A stretch of DNA of 32,000 bases from Phycisphaera mikurensis NBRC 102666. GTDB taxonomy: Bacteria > Planctomycetota > Phycisphaerae > Phycisphaerales > Phycisphaeraceae. The stretch covers positions 2,580,001 to 2,612,000 of the forward strand of contig NC_017080.1 of the NCBI RefSeq assembly GCF_000284115.1, in the 5' to 3' direction. How positions within the stretch are numbered: the first letter of the stretch is position 1; each line of letters begins with the position of its first letter. A program made the position numbers and the translations under genes. The notes beneath the pieces were generated by a model. The model was not told the origin of the DNA. It did no database searches and worked only from the letters and a program-made list of their open reading frames with translations. Shown piece after piece: positions 1 through 7,466 of this stretch.

Positions 1-786
1 CACCGTCTGCACGCTGCCGCCGTCGACCCGGAAGTTCGCGCCGTTGACGAAGCTGGCGTGCTCGCTCACGAGGAAGGCGATCACGGCGGCGACCTCCTCG
101 GGGCGGCCGCGTCGCTTCAGCTCCAGGTGCGGCCGCTCCTCGTCGAGGAAGCTCTCCACGGCCTCGTCCATCGACGTGCCCCGCTGCTCCGCCCGCTTCT
201 GCATCATCCCGTCGGTCATGCCGGTCTTCACGAAGGCGGGGGCGACGCAGTTGACCAGCACGCCCGAGCGGGCGCAGGTCATCGAGAGGCTCTTCGCGAA
301 GGAGAGGATCCCGCTCTTGGCGACGTTGTAGACAACCTCGTCGGGGTAGGGCTGCGCCGCGTTCTCGCTGGTGACGAAGACGGCCCGGCCCCAGCCGCGC
401 TCCTTCATGCCCGGGAGCAGGCCCCGGGCCGCCCGCACGGCGCCCATGAAGTCGATCTGGTGGGCGTGCGCCCAGTCCTCCTCGGTCATCTCCAGCGGGT
501 CGCCCTTGGCCCCGGTGACGCCGGCGGCGTGCACGAGGATGTCGGCGGGGATGGAGCGGAGGCGGTCGGCGGCGGAAGGCTCGGAGAGGTCCAGCTGCAG
601 CGTGCAGACCTCGGCGCCGGCGTGCTTCTCGCGGACGCCGGCGGCCGCGGCGTCGAGCTTGTCCTGGCTCAAGCCCGACAGAACGAGCTTCACGCCCTCC
701 GCCGCGAGCAACGCCGCGGTGGCCGAGCCCATGCCCCCGCCGCCGCCGGTGATCAGGGCCGTCCGTCCGTCGATGCCGAGATCCAT
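1..786 (-). CDS. Short-chain dehydrogenase/reductase (SDR) family oxidoreductase, C-terminus truncated by window edge
   Basis: Minus-strand frame from ATG at 786 reads MDLGIDGRTALITGGGGGMGSATAALLAAEG..., a glycine-rich Rossmann motif, then YNVAKSG (YxxxK catalytic motif) and ...FRVDGGSVQTV. Open to the window edge. Confidence 0.9.
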   Translation of the reverse strand, partial: MDLGIDGRTALITGGGGGMGSATAALLAAEGVKLVLSGLSQDKLDAAAAGVREKHAGAEVCTLQLDLSEPSAADRLRSIPADILVHAAGVTGAKGDPLEMTEEDWAHAHQIDFMGAVRAARGLLPGMKERGWGRAVFVTSENAAQPYPDEVVYNVAKSGILSFAKSLSMTCARSGVLVNCVAPAFVKTGMTDGMMQKRAEQRGTSMDEAVESFLDEERPHLELKRRGRPEEVAAVIAFLVSEHASFVNGANFRVDGGSVQTV

Positions 787-811
787 GGCCGAACGCTAGG
801 CCCGCCCAAAT

Positions 812-857
812 CCGCGGACCGCGGGCTCTTCTGCGTGAAAAGGCCGACGGTCCGCGG
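812..857. repeat. 46-bp dyad element, copy A: CCGCGGACCG-N26-CGGTCCGCGG
   Basis: Perfect 10-bp inverted arms at 812-821 and 848-857, same overall length as four other sites in the window. Confidence 0.85.
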
Positions 858-871
858 CGGCCCGGCCGGGC

Positions 872-1609
872 TCATCCCCGGCGGCGGGCGTAAGCCTCCG
901 CGTAGGCGGGGCCGTCGCCGCGGAGCCGGTGCCGCAGGAGCATCCAGGCGTCGCGGACGAGCTGGCGGATCGGGCCGTTGGCGAGGAAGCGACGCGGGCT
1001 CGTGGTCATCCGCCCGGGAAGCAGCACCAGCTTCCCGGCGGCGCGGAGGCGCCGGCACAGCTCGACGTCCTCGAAGAGGTCCAGCGGCGGGACTCCGCCG
1101 GCGGCCGCGAGGATCCCGGGCCGGACGAAGATGCCCTGGTCGCCGAAGTACACGCCGGTGAGGCCGTACCGGACGCGGTTGAAGAAGACGACCAGCCGGA
1201 GCCGGTGGCGGGCCCAGCGCCCGCACCCGCTGGTGTTGAACCGCTGGCCGAAGGCACCGCCGACGACGGCGGGATCGGCGAGCGCTCCGCGGATGCAAGC
1301 CGCACCGTCCTCGGGCGGCAGGCAGTCCGCGTGAAGCATCCAGACCGCGCCCGCGTCGGGCGCGGCGGCGAGGGCGGCATCGACGCCCGCGCGCAGGGCC
1401 GAGCCGCGGCCGGTCACGCACGCCCCCCGGATCACCACGCAGCCGGCGACGGCGGCGCGGGCGGTGGTCGCGTCGGTCGAGCCGGAGTCGGAGACGAAGA
1501 CGTCGGCGGCGGCGACGGCACCCGCCCCCCGGGTGATCCGGGCGAGCAGCGCCCCCAGCGTCTCCGCCTCGTTGAGCGCCGGGATGACGACGACGATCCG
1601 CAGCGTCAG
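872..1609 (-). CDS. Family 2 glycosyltransferase, TIGR04283-like
   Basis: LTLRIVVVIPALNEAETLGALL...SDSGSTDATT...MLHADCLPP...GVYFGDQGIFVRPGIL...DLFEDVELCRRLRAAGK. Overlaps the end of the upstream DUF547 gene. Start codon uncertain (CTG/alternative). Confidence 0.82.
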   Translation of the reverse strand: MTLRIVVVIPALNEAETLGALLARITRGAGAVAAADVFVSDSGSTDATTARAAVAGCVVIRGACVTGRGSALRAGVDAALAAAPDAGAVWMLHADCLPPEDGAACIRGALADPAVVGGAFGQRFNTSGCGRWARHRLRLVVFFNRVRYGLTGVYFGDQGIFVRPGILAAAGGVPPLDLFEDVELCRRLRAAGKLVLLPGRMTTSPRRFLANGPIRQLVRDAWMLLRHRLRGDGPAYAEAYARRRG

Positions 1610-2502
1610 CCTCCCGCGTCGGCCGCCGAAGCGGCCGGGCTGTTGATTGTCCAGTCGTAGCCCATGAAGCGGAGCTCGCCCGCGTCCGCCGCCGCCACCG
1701 CGGCGTCCCGCCGCGGGCCCGCGGGCAGGTACGCCTCGAACATGTCGGCGAGCGAGTCGAAGGGTTCGCCGCCGTCGAAGTCGCCGGCGTACCAATCGAG
1801 GATCCTCGAGGCGGTGACGGTGCCGTCGTCCCCGACCACCAGCCCGTCGGGCGCCTGCAGCCAGCGCGTCGCCACGTTGCGGAACTGCCGGTCCAGCTCC
1901 GGCCCGCGGTAGGGCTCGTCCAGCAGCGGCGGGCACGACAGCGCCCCGCACACCAGCGCGAAGTGGATCCGCGCGTCGCCGTAGGTCGGGCGGATCAGCC
2001 CCTGCTCCAGCGCGTGCATGCTCTCGCTGCCGCCGTCCATCGCGAAGCGGTCGAAGAACCAGGTCAGCCAGCCGACTCTCTCGTCCGCGTCGGCCGTGGC
2101 CGCCCCCTTCTCCAGCCACTTCTGGAGCATGAAGGCGTTGTACGCGTTGAGGTGGTACGCCAGCCGATCGGCCTCGGTCGCGAAAGCGTTTGGCGTCGAC
2201 TCGGGGCCGAAGCGTGCGACGGCGTTGAGGTACAGCGTGAGGTCGTCGCGGGCGGGCGTGCCTTCGGCGAGCTCCGCGTAATCGACCAGGCCCTCCTCGC
2301 CCACGACCGCCGCGTCGAGCACCCGCGCCCAGGGCGCGTCGTCGTAGGCGGGCAGCCGGTCGGCTTCGGGAACCCGCGGCGTGGAGGCACAGCCGGTGAC
2401 CGCGAGGGCGATCGCGAGGAGCCCGGAGGCGGCGATCGCCGCGACGATCCCGCTCGCGCGGAGGAGCTTCGTGCGTAAGCGGGCAGACGTTGGAGGACCC
2501 AT
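1606..2502 (-). CDS. DUF547 domain-containing putative lipoprotein
   Basis: 298 aa with signal/lipobox-like LLAIALAVTGC, then YHLNAYNAFMLQKWL and IHFALVCGALSCPPLLDEPYRG, typical of DUF547. Confidence 0.82.
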   Translation of the reverse strand: MGPPTSARLRTKLLRASGIVAAIAASGLLAIALAVTGCASTPRVPEADRLPAYDDAPWARVLDAAVVGEEGLVDYAELAEGTPARDDLTLYLNAVARFGPESTPNAFATEADRLAYHLNAYNAFMLQKWLEKGAATADADERVGWLTWFFDRFAMDGGSESMHALEQGLIRPTYGDARIHFALVCGALSCPPLLDEPYRGPELDRQFRNVATRWLQAPDGLVVGDDGTVTASRILDWYAGDFDGGEPFDSLADMFEAYLPAGPRRDAAVAAADAGELRFMGYDWTINSPAASAADAGG

Positions 2503-2556
2503 GCAGGACCCTACGAGCCCCCTCCGGGTCCGGATGCCCGGGCTCTCTCGCCGCCC

Positions 2557-3762
2557 TCAGGCCACCGCGAGCTTCGGCGTGTTGAGGACGCGGCCGAGGT
2601 TCCGGAGCGCCTGCCGGATGCGGTGCTCGTTCTCCACCAGCGCCAGCCGCACGTGGTGCTCGCCGCGGGGCCCGAACGCCCCGCCGGGCGTCATCGCCAC
2701 CTCGGCCTCCTCGACCATCGCCAGGCAGAAGCTCTCGCTGGTGCCGCCGTACGCGTCGAGCTGCTCCCGCGGAGGCTTCGCCCACAGGAACATCGACGCC
2801 CGGGGCGGCTCGACCTCCCAGCCGAGCCTGCGGAGGCCGGTGACGAGCTGGTCGCGGCGGGCCTGGTACTTCGCGTTCTGCTGCTCGATGTGCCGGTCAC
2901 CCTCACGCATCGCGACGATCGCCGCGATCTGCACGGCTTGGAAGATCCCGTAGTCGTAGTAGCCCTTCACCGTCGCGAGGCCGGCGATCATCTGGGCGTT
3001 GCCGCAGCAGAAGCCGATCCGCCAGCCGGCCATGTTGTACGGCTTGCTCATGGTGCTGAACTCGCAGCCGTGCTCGATCGCGCCGGGCGCCTGCAGGATC
3101 GACGGCGCCTTGTACCCGTCGAAGCAGGTCTCGCCGTAGGCGAAGTCGTTCACGACCATCACCTGGTGCCGCTTGCAGATCTCCACGACCTTCGGAAAGA
3201 AGTCGTCGTCGACGGTCATGCCCGTGGGGTTGTGCGGGTAGCAGAGGATCACCAGCTTCGGCTGCGGGGTCATCCGGTCGAGCACGCGGTCGATGTCCCC
3301 GAGGAAGGCCTCGTCGTTGCCCAGCGGCACGCTGATCGTCGAGGCGCCCGCGAGCACGACGGCGGTCGTGTGGATCTGGAACGCCGGGTCGGCGACGACG
3401 GCGCTGTCGCCGGGGCCCAGCAGCGCGAGGCACATGTGGCTGAAGCCCTCCTTGCTGCCGATCGTCGCGATCACCTCCGCGTCGGGGTCGAGCTTCACGC
3501 CCCACTTCCGCTCGTACTTGTCGGCCATGTCCTTCCGCAGGTTGTAGACGCCCTTGCTCACCGAGTACCGGGAGTTCCGCGGGTCGAGCACGGCGTCGCG
3601 GATCTTCTCGACCACGGCGTCCGGCGGCGGATCCGAAGGGTTGCCCATGTTCATGTCGATGACGTCGGCGCCGTCCTTGCGGCGGTCGTAGATCATCTGC
3701 TTGAGGCGGCCGAGCACGTAGGTCGGGAGCCGCTCGATGCGGGGGGCGAGTTGGATGTCCAT
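2557..3762 (-). CDS. Pyridoxal-phosphate dependent aminotransferase class I/II (AlaC / LL-DAP aminotransferase-like)
   Basis: MDIQLAPRIERLPTYVLGRLKQMIYDRRKDGADVIDMNMGNPSDPPPD...; CYPHNPTGMTV; FSTMSKPYNMAGWRIGFCCGN (SxSKxxxMxGWRxG lysine motif). Confidence 0.92.
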   Translation of the reverse strand: MDIQLAPRIERLPTYVLGRLKQMIYDRRKDGADVIDMNMGNPSDPPPDAVVEKIRDAVLDPRNSRYSVSKGVYNLRKDMADKYERKWGVKLDPDAEVIATIGSKEGFSHMCLALLGPGDSAVVADPAFQIHTTAVVLAGASTISVPLGNDEAFLGDIDRVLDRMTPQPKLVILCYPHNPTGMTVDDDFFPKVVEICKRHQVMVVNDFAYGETCFDGYKAPSILQAPGAIEHGCEFSTMSKPYNMAGWRIGFCCGNAQMIAGLATVKGYYDYGIFQAVQIAAIVAMREGDRHIEQQNAKYQARRDQLVTGLRRLGWEVEPPRASMFLWAKPPREQLDAYGGTSESFCLAMVEEAEVAMTPGGAFGPRGEHHVRLALVENEHRIRQALRNLGRVLNTPKLAVA

Positions 3763-3924
3763 GGCGGGCGGTGGGGTGCGGGCGGGGCCGCAGATTACGC
3801 CGCCGTTTTCGCGCGTCCGGGACGCCGCGGGGCCGACCCTCCGGCGGCCGCTCGGCCGGAGGCCATGCGCCCCCGGCTCCACCTCCGCTCCCGTCCCCGC
3901 CCCGCCCCGCGGTGACGCCTCCTC

Positions 3925-4743
3925 CTACGAAAGCAGCGACTGCGTGTAGTCGTCGGAGGAGCGGCGGTCGCTCAGCGGCCCGTCGCTCTCGCCGTTGACG
4001 AACTGGTAGACGAGGGGGTCCTCGCTGTTGCGCATCTCCTCGGGCGTGCCGTCGGCGACGAACTTGCCCTGGTCCATCAGCACCAGCCGCTGCGCGACGC
4101 GGAAGGCGGACACCATCTCGTGGGTGATGATGACCGTGGTCACGCCGAGCGTCTCGTTGAGGCCGATCATCAGCTCGTCCACCTGCGTCACGCTCACCGG
4201 GTCGAGCCCGGCGGAAGGCTCGTCGTAGTAGATGACCTTGGGGTCCATCGCGAGGGCACGCGCCAGGCCGGCCCGCTTCTGCATGCCGCCGGAGATCTCG
4301 CTGGGGAGCTTGCCCGCGTGCTCACGCAGCCCGACGAGCTCGAGCTTCATCTTCACGATCGTGCCGATCGTGTCCTCGTCGAGGTCGGTGTGCATCCGCA
4401 GCGGCAGCGCCACGTTGTCGCCGACCGTCATCGACTGGAAGAGCGCCCCGCTCTGGAAGAGCACGCCGATGGTCTTGCGGTACTCGTCGAGCTCCGCGTC
4501 GCTCATCGCGCAGATGTTCTTCCCGTCGATGCGCATCACCCCGGACGTGCTGCGCGTCTGCCCGCTCATCAGGTTGAGCAGGGTGGACTTGCCGGCCCCG
4601 GACCCGCCGAGGATCACCAGCCGCTCCCCCCGCTTCACGTTCAGCGTGAGGTGGTCCAGCACGACCTGCTCGCCGAAGCGCACGACGATGTCGTCGCACT
4701 CGATGATGTTGTCGGTGTGGGGATCGGCGGGGTGCTCGGGCAT
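3925..4743 (-). CDS. mlaF: ABC transporter ATP-binding protein, MlaF/Mkl family
   Basis: Walker A GGSGAGKSTLLN, signature ISGGMQKRAGLARALA, Walker B KVIYYDEPSAGLDPV. Located near a MlaE-type permease. Confidence 0.88.
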   Translation of the reverse strand: MPEHPADPHTDNIIECDDIVVRFGEQVVLDHLTLNVKRGERLVILGGSGAGKSTLLNLMSGQTRSTSGVMRIDGKNICAMSDAELDEYRKTIGVLFQSGALFQSMTVGDNVALPLRMHTDLDEDTIGTIVKMKLELVGLREHAGKLPSEISGGMQKRAGLARALAMDPKVIYYDEPSAGLDPVSVTQVDELMIGLNETLGVTTVIITHEMVSAFRVAQRLVLMDQGKFVADGTPEEMRNSEDPLVYQFVNGESDGPLSDRRSSDDYTQSLLS

Positions 4744-4780
4744 GGCGGGGGCCGGGGGGCGTGGGACGAGCGGGGGAGGG

Positions 4781-4985
4781 GAAGCGAAGAAGTGGGGAAG
4801 CGGGGAAGTGGGGAAGCGGGGAAGCGAAGAAGTGGGGAAGCGGGGAAGCGGGGAAGCGGGGAAGCGGGGAAGCGGGGAAGCGAAGAAGTGGGGAAGCGGG
4901 GAAGCGGGGAAGCGGGGAAGCGAAGAAGCGGAGAAGCGAAGAGACGAAGAGACGGAGAGGCGGAGAAGTGGAGAAGTGGAGAAGA
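4781..4985. repeat. Octamer tandem array, unit CGGGGAAG with CGAAGAAG / TGGGGAAG variants
   Basis: Read directly: gaagcgaagaagtggggaagcggggaagtggggaagcggggaagc... about 25 degenerate 8-bp units, decaying towards 4985. Confidence 0.92.
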
Positions 4986-5076
4986 GGGGGGGTCGGGCGG
5001 GGCGTGCTGTCGCTGCGCTTGGGGTTGGGGCGGGAGGGGGTTGGTCGGTTCTCGCGCGGGGTGCTCTGCCTTCCGC

Positions 5077-5901
5077 TTAGAGCTTGCCGCCCAGGCCGAG
5101 CACGTAGAAGATCATCGTGAACAGCAGGTCGACGCAGACCAGGCCCACGATGCTGTTGACGACGGTTCGGGTGGTGGCCGAGCCCACGCCCAGCGCCCCG
5201 CCGCGGACGCTCATGCCCAGGTGGCAGGAGAGGGCGCCGATGATGACGCCGAAGACGGCGGCCTTGATGAGGCCGGTGACAAGGTCGACGGTCGCGACGG
5301 CCTGGAAGGTGCTGTCGACGTAGGTGTAGACCGGGATGCCGAGGCTGAGCTTCGCCGTGAACGCCCCGCCCACGACGCCCATGAAGTTGCTGAAGACGGC
5401 CAGGCAGACGGTCATGACCGTGGCGGCCACCACACGCGGGAGCACGAGGAACCGGACCGGGTCGATCGCGTGGCTGCGCAGCGCCCTGAGCTCCTCGGCG
5501 ACGGCCATGGTCCCCAGCTCGGCGGCGATCGAGGCGCCGGCGAAGCCGGTGAGCACGATCGCCCCGATCAGCGGGCCCAGCTCGCGGAACATCGCGATGC
5601 CGATGACCCGCGGCAGCTGGCCGCCGGCGCCGTAGCTCTCGAGGATCGGGCCGATCTGCAGCGACAGGATCGCGCCGATGCAGAAGGTGACCAGCCCCAC
5701 CACCCCGATGCTCCGCACGCCGACGCGGTAGAGCTGGTAGCCCAGGTTCGTCCAGGCCATGCGTTTGCCACGCTCCTGCGTGACCACGCCGGGCAGCAGG
5801 ACGGCGACGTCGCGCACGAGCAGGCCGATCGACCCGATGAAGGAGGTCACCGACACCGCCGAGGCGCCGACCGCCGCCACCGCCCGCGCCGGCCCCCTCA
5901 C
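5077..5901 (-). CDS. mlaE: MlaE family lipid-transport ABC permease
   Basis: ...YRVGVRSIGVVGLVTFCIGAILSLQIGPILESYGA...MFRELGPLIGAIVLTGFAGASIAAELGTMAVAEELRALRSHAIDPVRFLVLPRVVA... GTG start proposed at 5901, overlapping the upstream gene as GTGA. Confidence 0.88.
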   Translation of the reverse strand: MRGPARAVAAVGASAVSVTSFIGSIGLLVRDVAVLLPGVVTQERGKRMAWTNLGYQLYRVGVRSIGVVGLVTFCIGAILSLQIGPILESYGAGGQLPRVIGIAMFRELGPLIGAIVLTGFAGASIAAELGTMAVAEELRALRSHAIDPVRFLVLPRVVAATVMTVCLAVFSNFMGVVGGAFTAKLSLGIPVYTYVDSTFQAVATVDLVTGLIKAAVFGVIIGALSCHLGMSVRGGALGVGSATTRTVVNSIVGLVCVDLLFTMIFYVLGLGGKL

Positions 5902-6296
5902 GCCCCGGCTCCGGGCGCGGCGGGAGCCCCGGCGGGTTCGTCGCCGCGCAGCGTGAAGACCGCGTCGAGCTTCATGATCCGCAGGAGCCCGGCGAGCTCC
6001 TTGGGCATCCGCTCGAGCACGACCTCGCCGCCACGCTTGCCGATCGTCTTCCGCACCTCGATCAGGGCGCCGAGCGCCCCCGAATCGACGTAGCCGACGT
6101 CGGCGAAGCGGAGCACCACCCGCGACGCGTCGTGCCTGTCGATCATGCCCCGCATGCCCTCGAGCAGCTCCGGCGCGTTGCCGACGGTGAGGTCGCCGGT
6201 GAGCTCGACCGTCAGCGTCCGGACGCCGTCCTCCTCGGCCTTCGAAGCGGAGTGGATCAGCGGCGTGTTGGCTTGCAACGGCGTGGCCTCGCTCAT
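5898..6296 (-). CDS. STAS domain protein (MlaB-like / anti-sigma antagonist-like)
   Basis: LTVELTGDLTVGNAPELLEGMRGMIDRHDASRVVLRFADVGYVDSGALGALIEVRKTIGKRGGEVVLERM. Translationally overlaps mlaE. Confidence 0.8.
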   Translation of the reverse strand: MSEATPLQANTPLIHSASKAEEDGVRTLTVELTGDLTVGNAPELLEGMRGMIDRHDASRVVLRFADVGYVDSGALGALIEVRKTIGKRGGEVVLERMPKELAGLLRIMKLDAVFTLRGDEPAGAPAAPGAGA

Positions 6297-6352
6297 GCGG
6301 CGGAGGGTAGAGAGCGCAGCCTTCTTCCCCTTTCCGAAGCCGGCCGGTGCCC

Positions 6353-6430
6353 GGGTGCCACGCCGCCTGCGGGGTGGCGCGTGCGGGAGGTCGTCGCGAC
6401 GCGGCCACCCCCCAAGGGGGCGTGGCACCC
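6353..6430 (+). repeat. Dispersed 72-78 bp element copy 1, terminal inverted repeats GGGTGCCACGCC / GGCGTGGCACCC
   Basis: 12-bp perfect TIRs at 6353-6364 and 6419-6430. Interior (TGCGGGGTGG-CGCGYGCGGGAGGT) matches the reverse complement of 19419-19490. Confidence 0.8.
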
Positions 6431-6880
6431 AGGAACCCCGAGCAAGTGGGTTTCTCGGGTGCCGAGCATCCGGGTCATTCGGAGAGGGACAAGGGCGGAG
6501 CAGCGGGGAGCGCAGCCCGGGGGCCTCGCTCCCGCGGTGGCACCCGGCGGCGTGCCCGGAACGGCCGTTTCGCAAAGACGCGTCAACCGGGCGCCGCGGA
6601 TCCCTCCGCGTCGGCGCAGCGGGCCGGCGAGCGATACGCGCGCGAGCTGGGTCGCACCGCGGCCTTACGCTCCTGTACGCTTCGGCGGCGGCCGCGCCGG
6701 CCCGCCCGCCCGCCGGAGCGATTCTGAGCGAGGTTCAGCCAAAGCCTCGGGATCAGAAACGGATACGGCGCTCAATGCATCGGGTGAACGCCCCTCCACC
6801 GAGGGTATAGCTTGCCCCTTTTAACGGTGGAAACCCCCCCGTTTTGACGGTTCGGCTCCGGTTCCTCCGATGCAGGAACC

Positions 6881-7408
6881 GTGATCAACTCCATGTCTGA
6901 AGCCGATCCGCGTCCTTGTCCCGTCACTCTTGATTCCAACTGCAGCCTTTCGGGAACGTTGCACATCCGCGGCGACGTGCTCCTTCTCGGCCGCTTCGAA
7001 GGCACCCTCGACGTCGCGGGTCGCCTCGAGGTCGGCCCCGACGCCTCGCTGCACGGGCGGGCGAGGGTGGGCAGCCTCCGCGTGCGTGGCGTGGTGGAGG
7101 CGAAGGTGGTTTCGACCGGAGCCGTCGAGCTCTGCGGCGGCGGGGAGCTGCGCGGCGGCGTGAGCACGCCGCGGCTGCAGGCTGTTGCGGACGCGGTCCC
7201 GGCGGGTTCCGCGGGATCCGCGGACCGCCGGCCGCAGAGCCGGGAGGACGCGGCGGTCCGCGGCGTCGCTCCGCCCGCGGGCGTCGCGCAGCCCGCCGGC
7301 GCCGGATCGGACGAGGGCGCCCGGCCGGCGGCGGCCTACGTGGGGGTGCTGCACCGGCGGACGCGGCGGCGGGTGGGCGCGGCGATGTCTCCAACCTCGA
7401 CGGGTTGA
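6881..7408 (+). CDS. Bactofilin family (polymer-forming cytoskeletal) protein
   Basis: CSLSGTLHIRGDVLLLGRFEGTLDVAGRLEVGPDASLHGRARVGSLRVRGVVEAKVVSTGAVELCGGGELRGGVSTPRL: beta-helical bactofilin repeat pattern. Confidence 0.85.
   Translation: MINSMSEADPRPCPVTLDSNCSLSGTLHIRGDVLLLGRFEGTLDVAGRLEVGPDASLHGRARVGSLRVRGVVEAKVVSTGAVELCGGGELRGGVSTPRLQAVADAVPAGSAGSADRRPQSREDAAVRGVAPPAGVAQPAGAGSDEGARPAAAYVGVLHRRTRRRVGAAMSPTSTG
7218..7263. repeat. 46-bp dyad element, copy D, inside the bactofilin reading frame
   Basis: Arms CCGCGGACCG at 7218-7227 and CGGTCCGCGG at 7254-7263. Confidence 0.85.
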
Positions 7409-7466
7409 AGCCGGTCGCAGGCGTCGCCGCGCTTGTCCGCGCCGGCCGGATCGGGCCCGCCACATC

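Noticed and set aside
812-857. 46-bp dyad copies as rho-independent terminators
   Set aside because: No T-tract follows on either strand, copies occur inside recG and bactofilin coding sequence, and one lies just upstream of the SDR start.
4781-4985. CRISPR array
   Set aside because: The unit is 8 bp with no unique spacers, and no cas genes are present.
4120-6093. 657-aa plus-strand ORF crossing the octamer array (EAGKRGSGEAGKRG repeats)
   Set aside because: Antisense to mlaF and mlaE. The repeat peptide arises from the non-coding tandem DNA array, whose 24-nt pseudo-period keeps all frames open.
5902-6408. N-terminal extension of the MlaE ORF up to 6408
   Set aside because: This part is out-of-frame with the STAS gene and low complexity; a GTG start at 5901 is the natural boundary.
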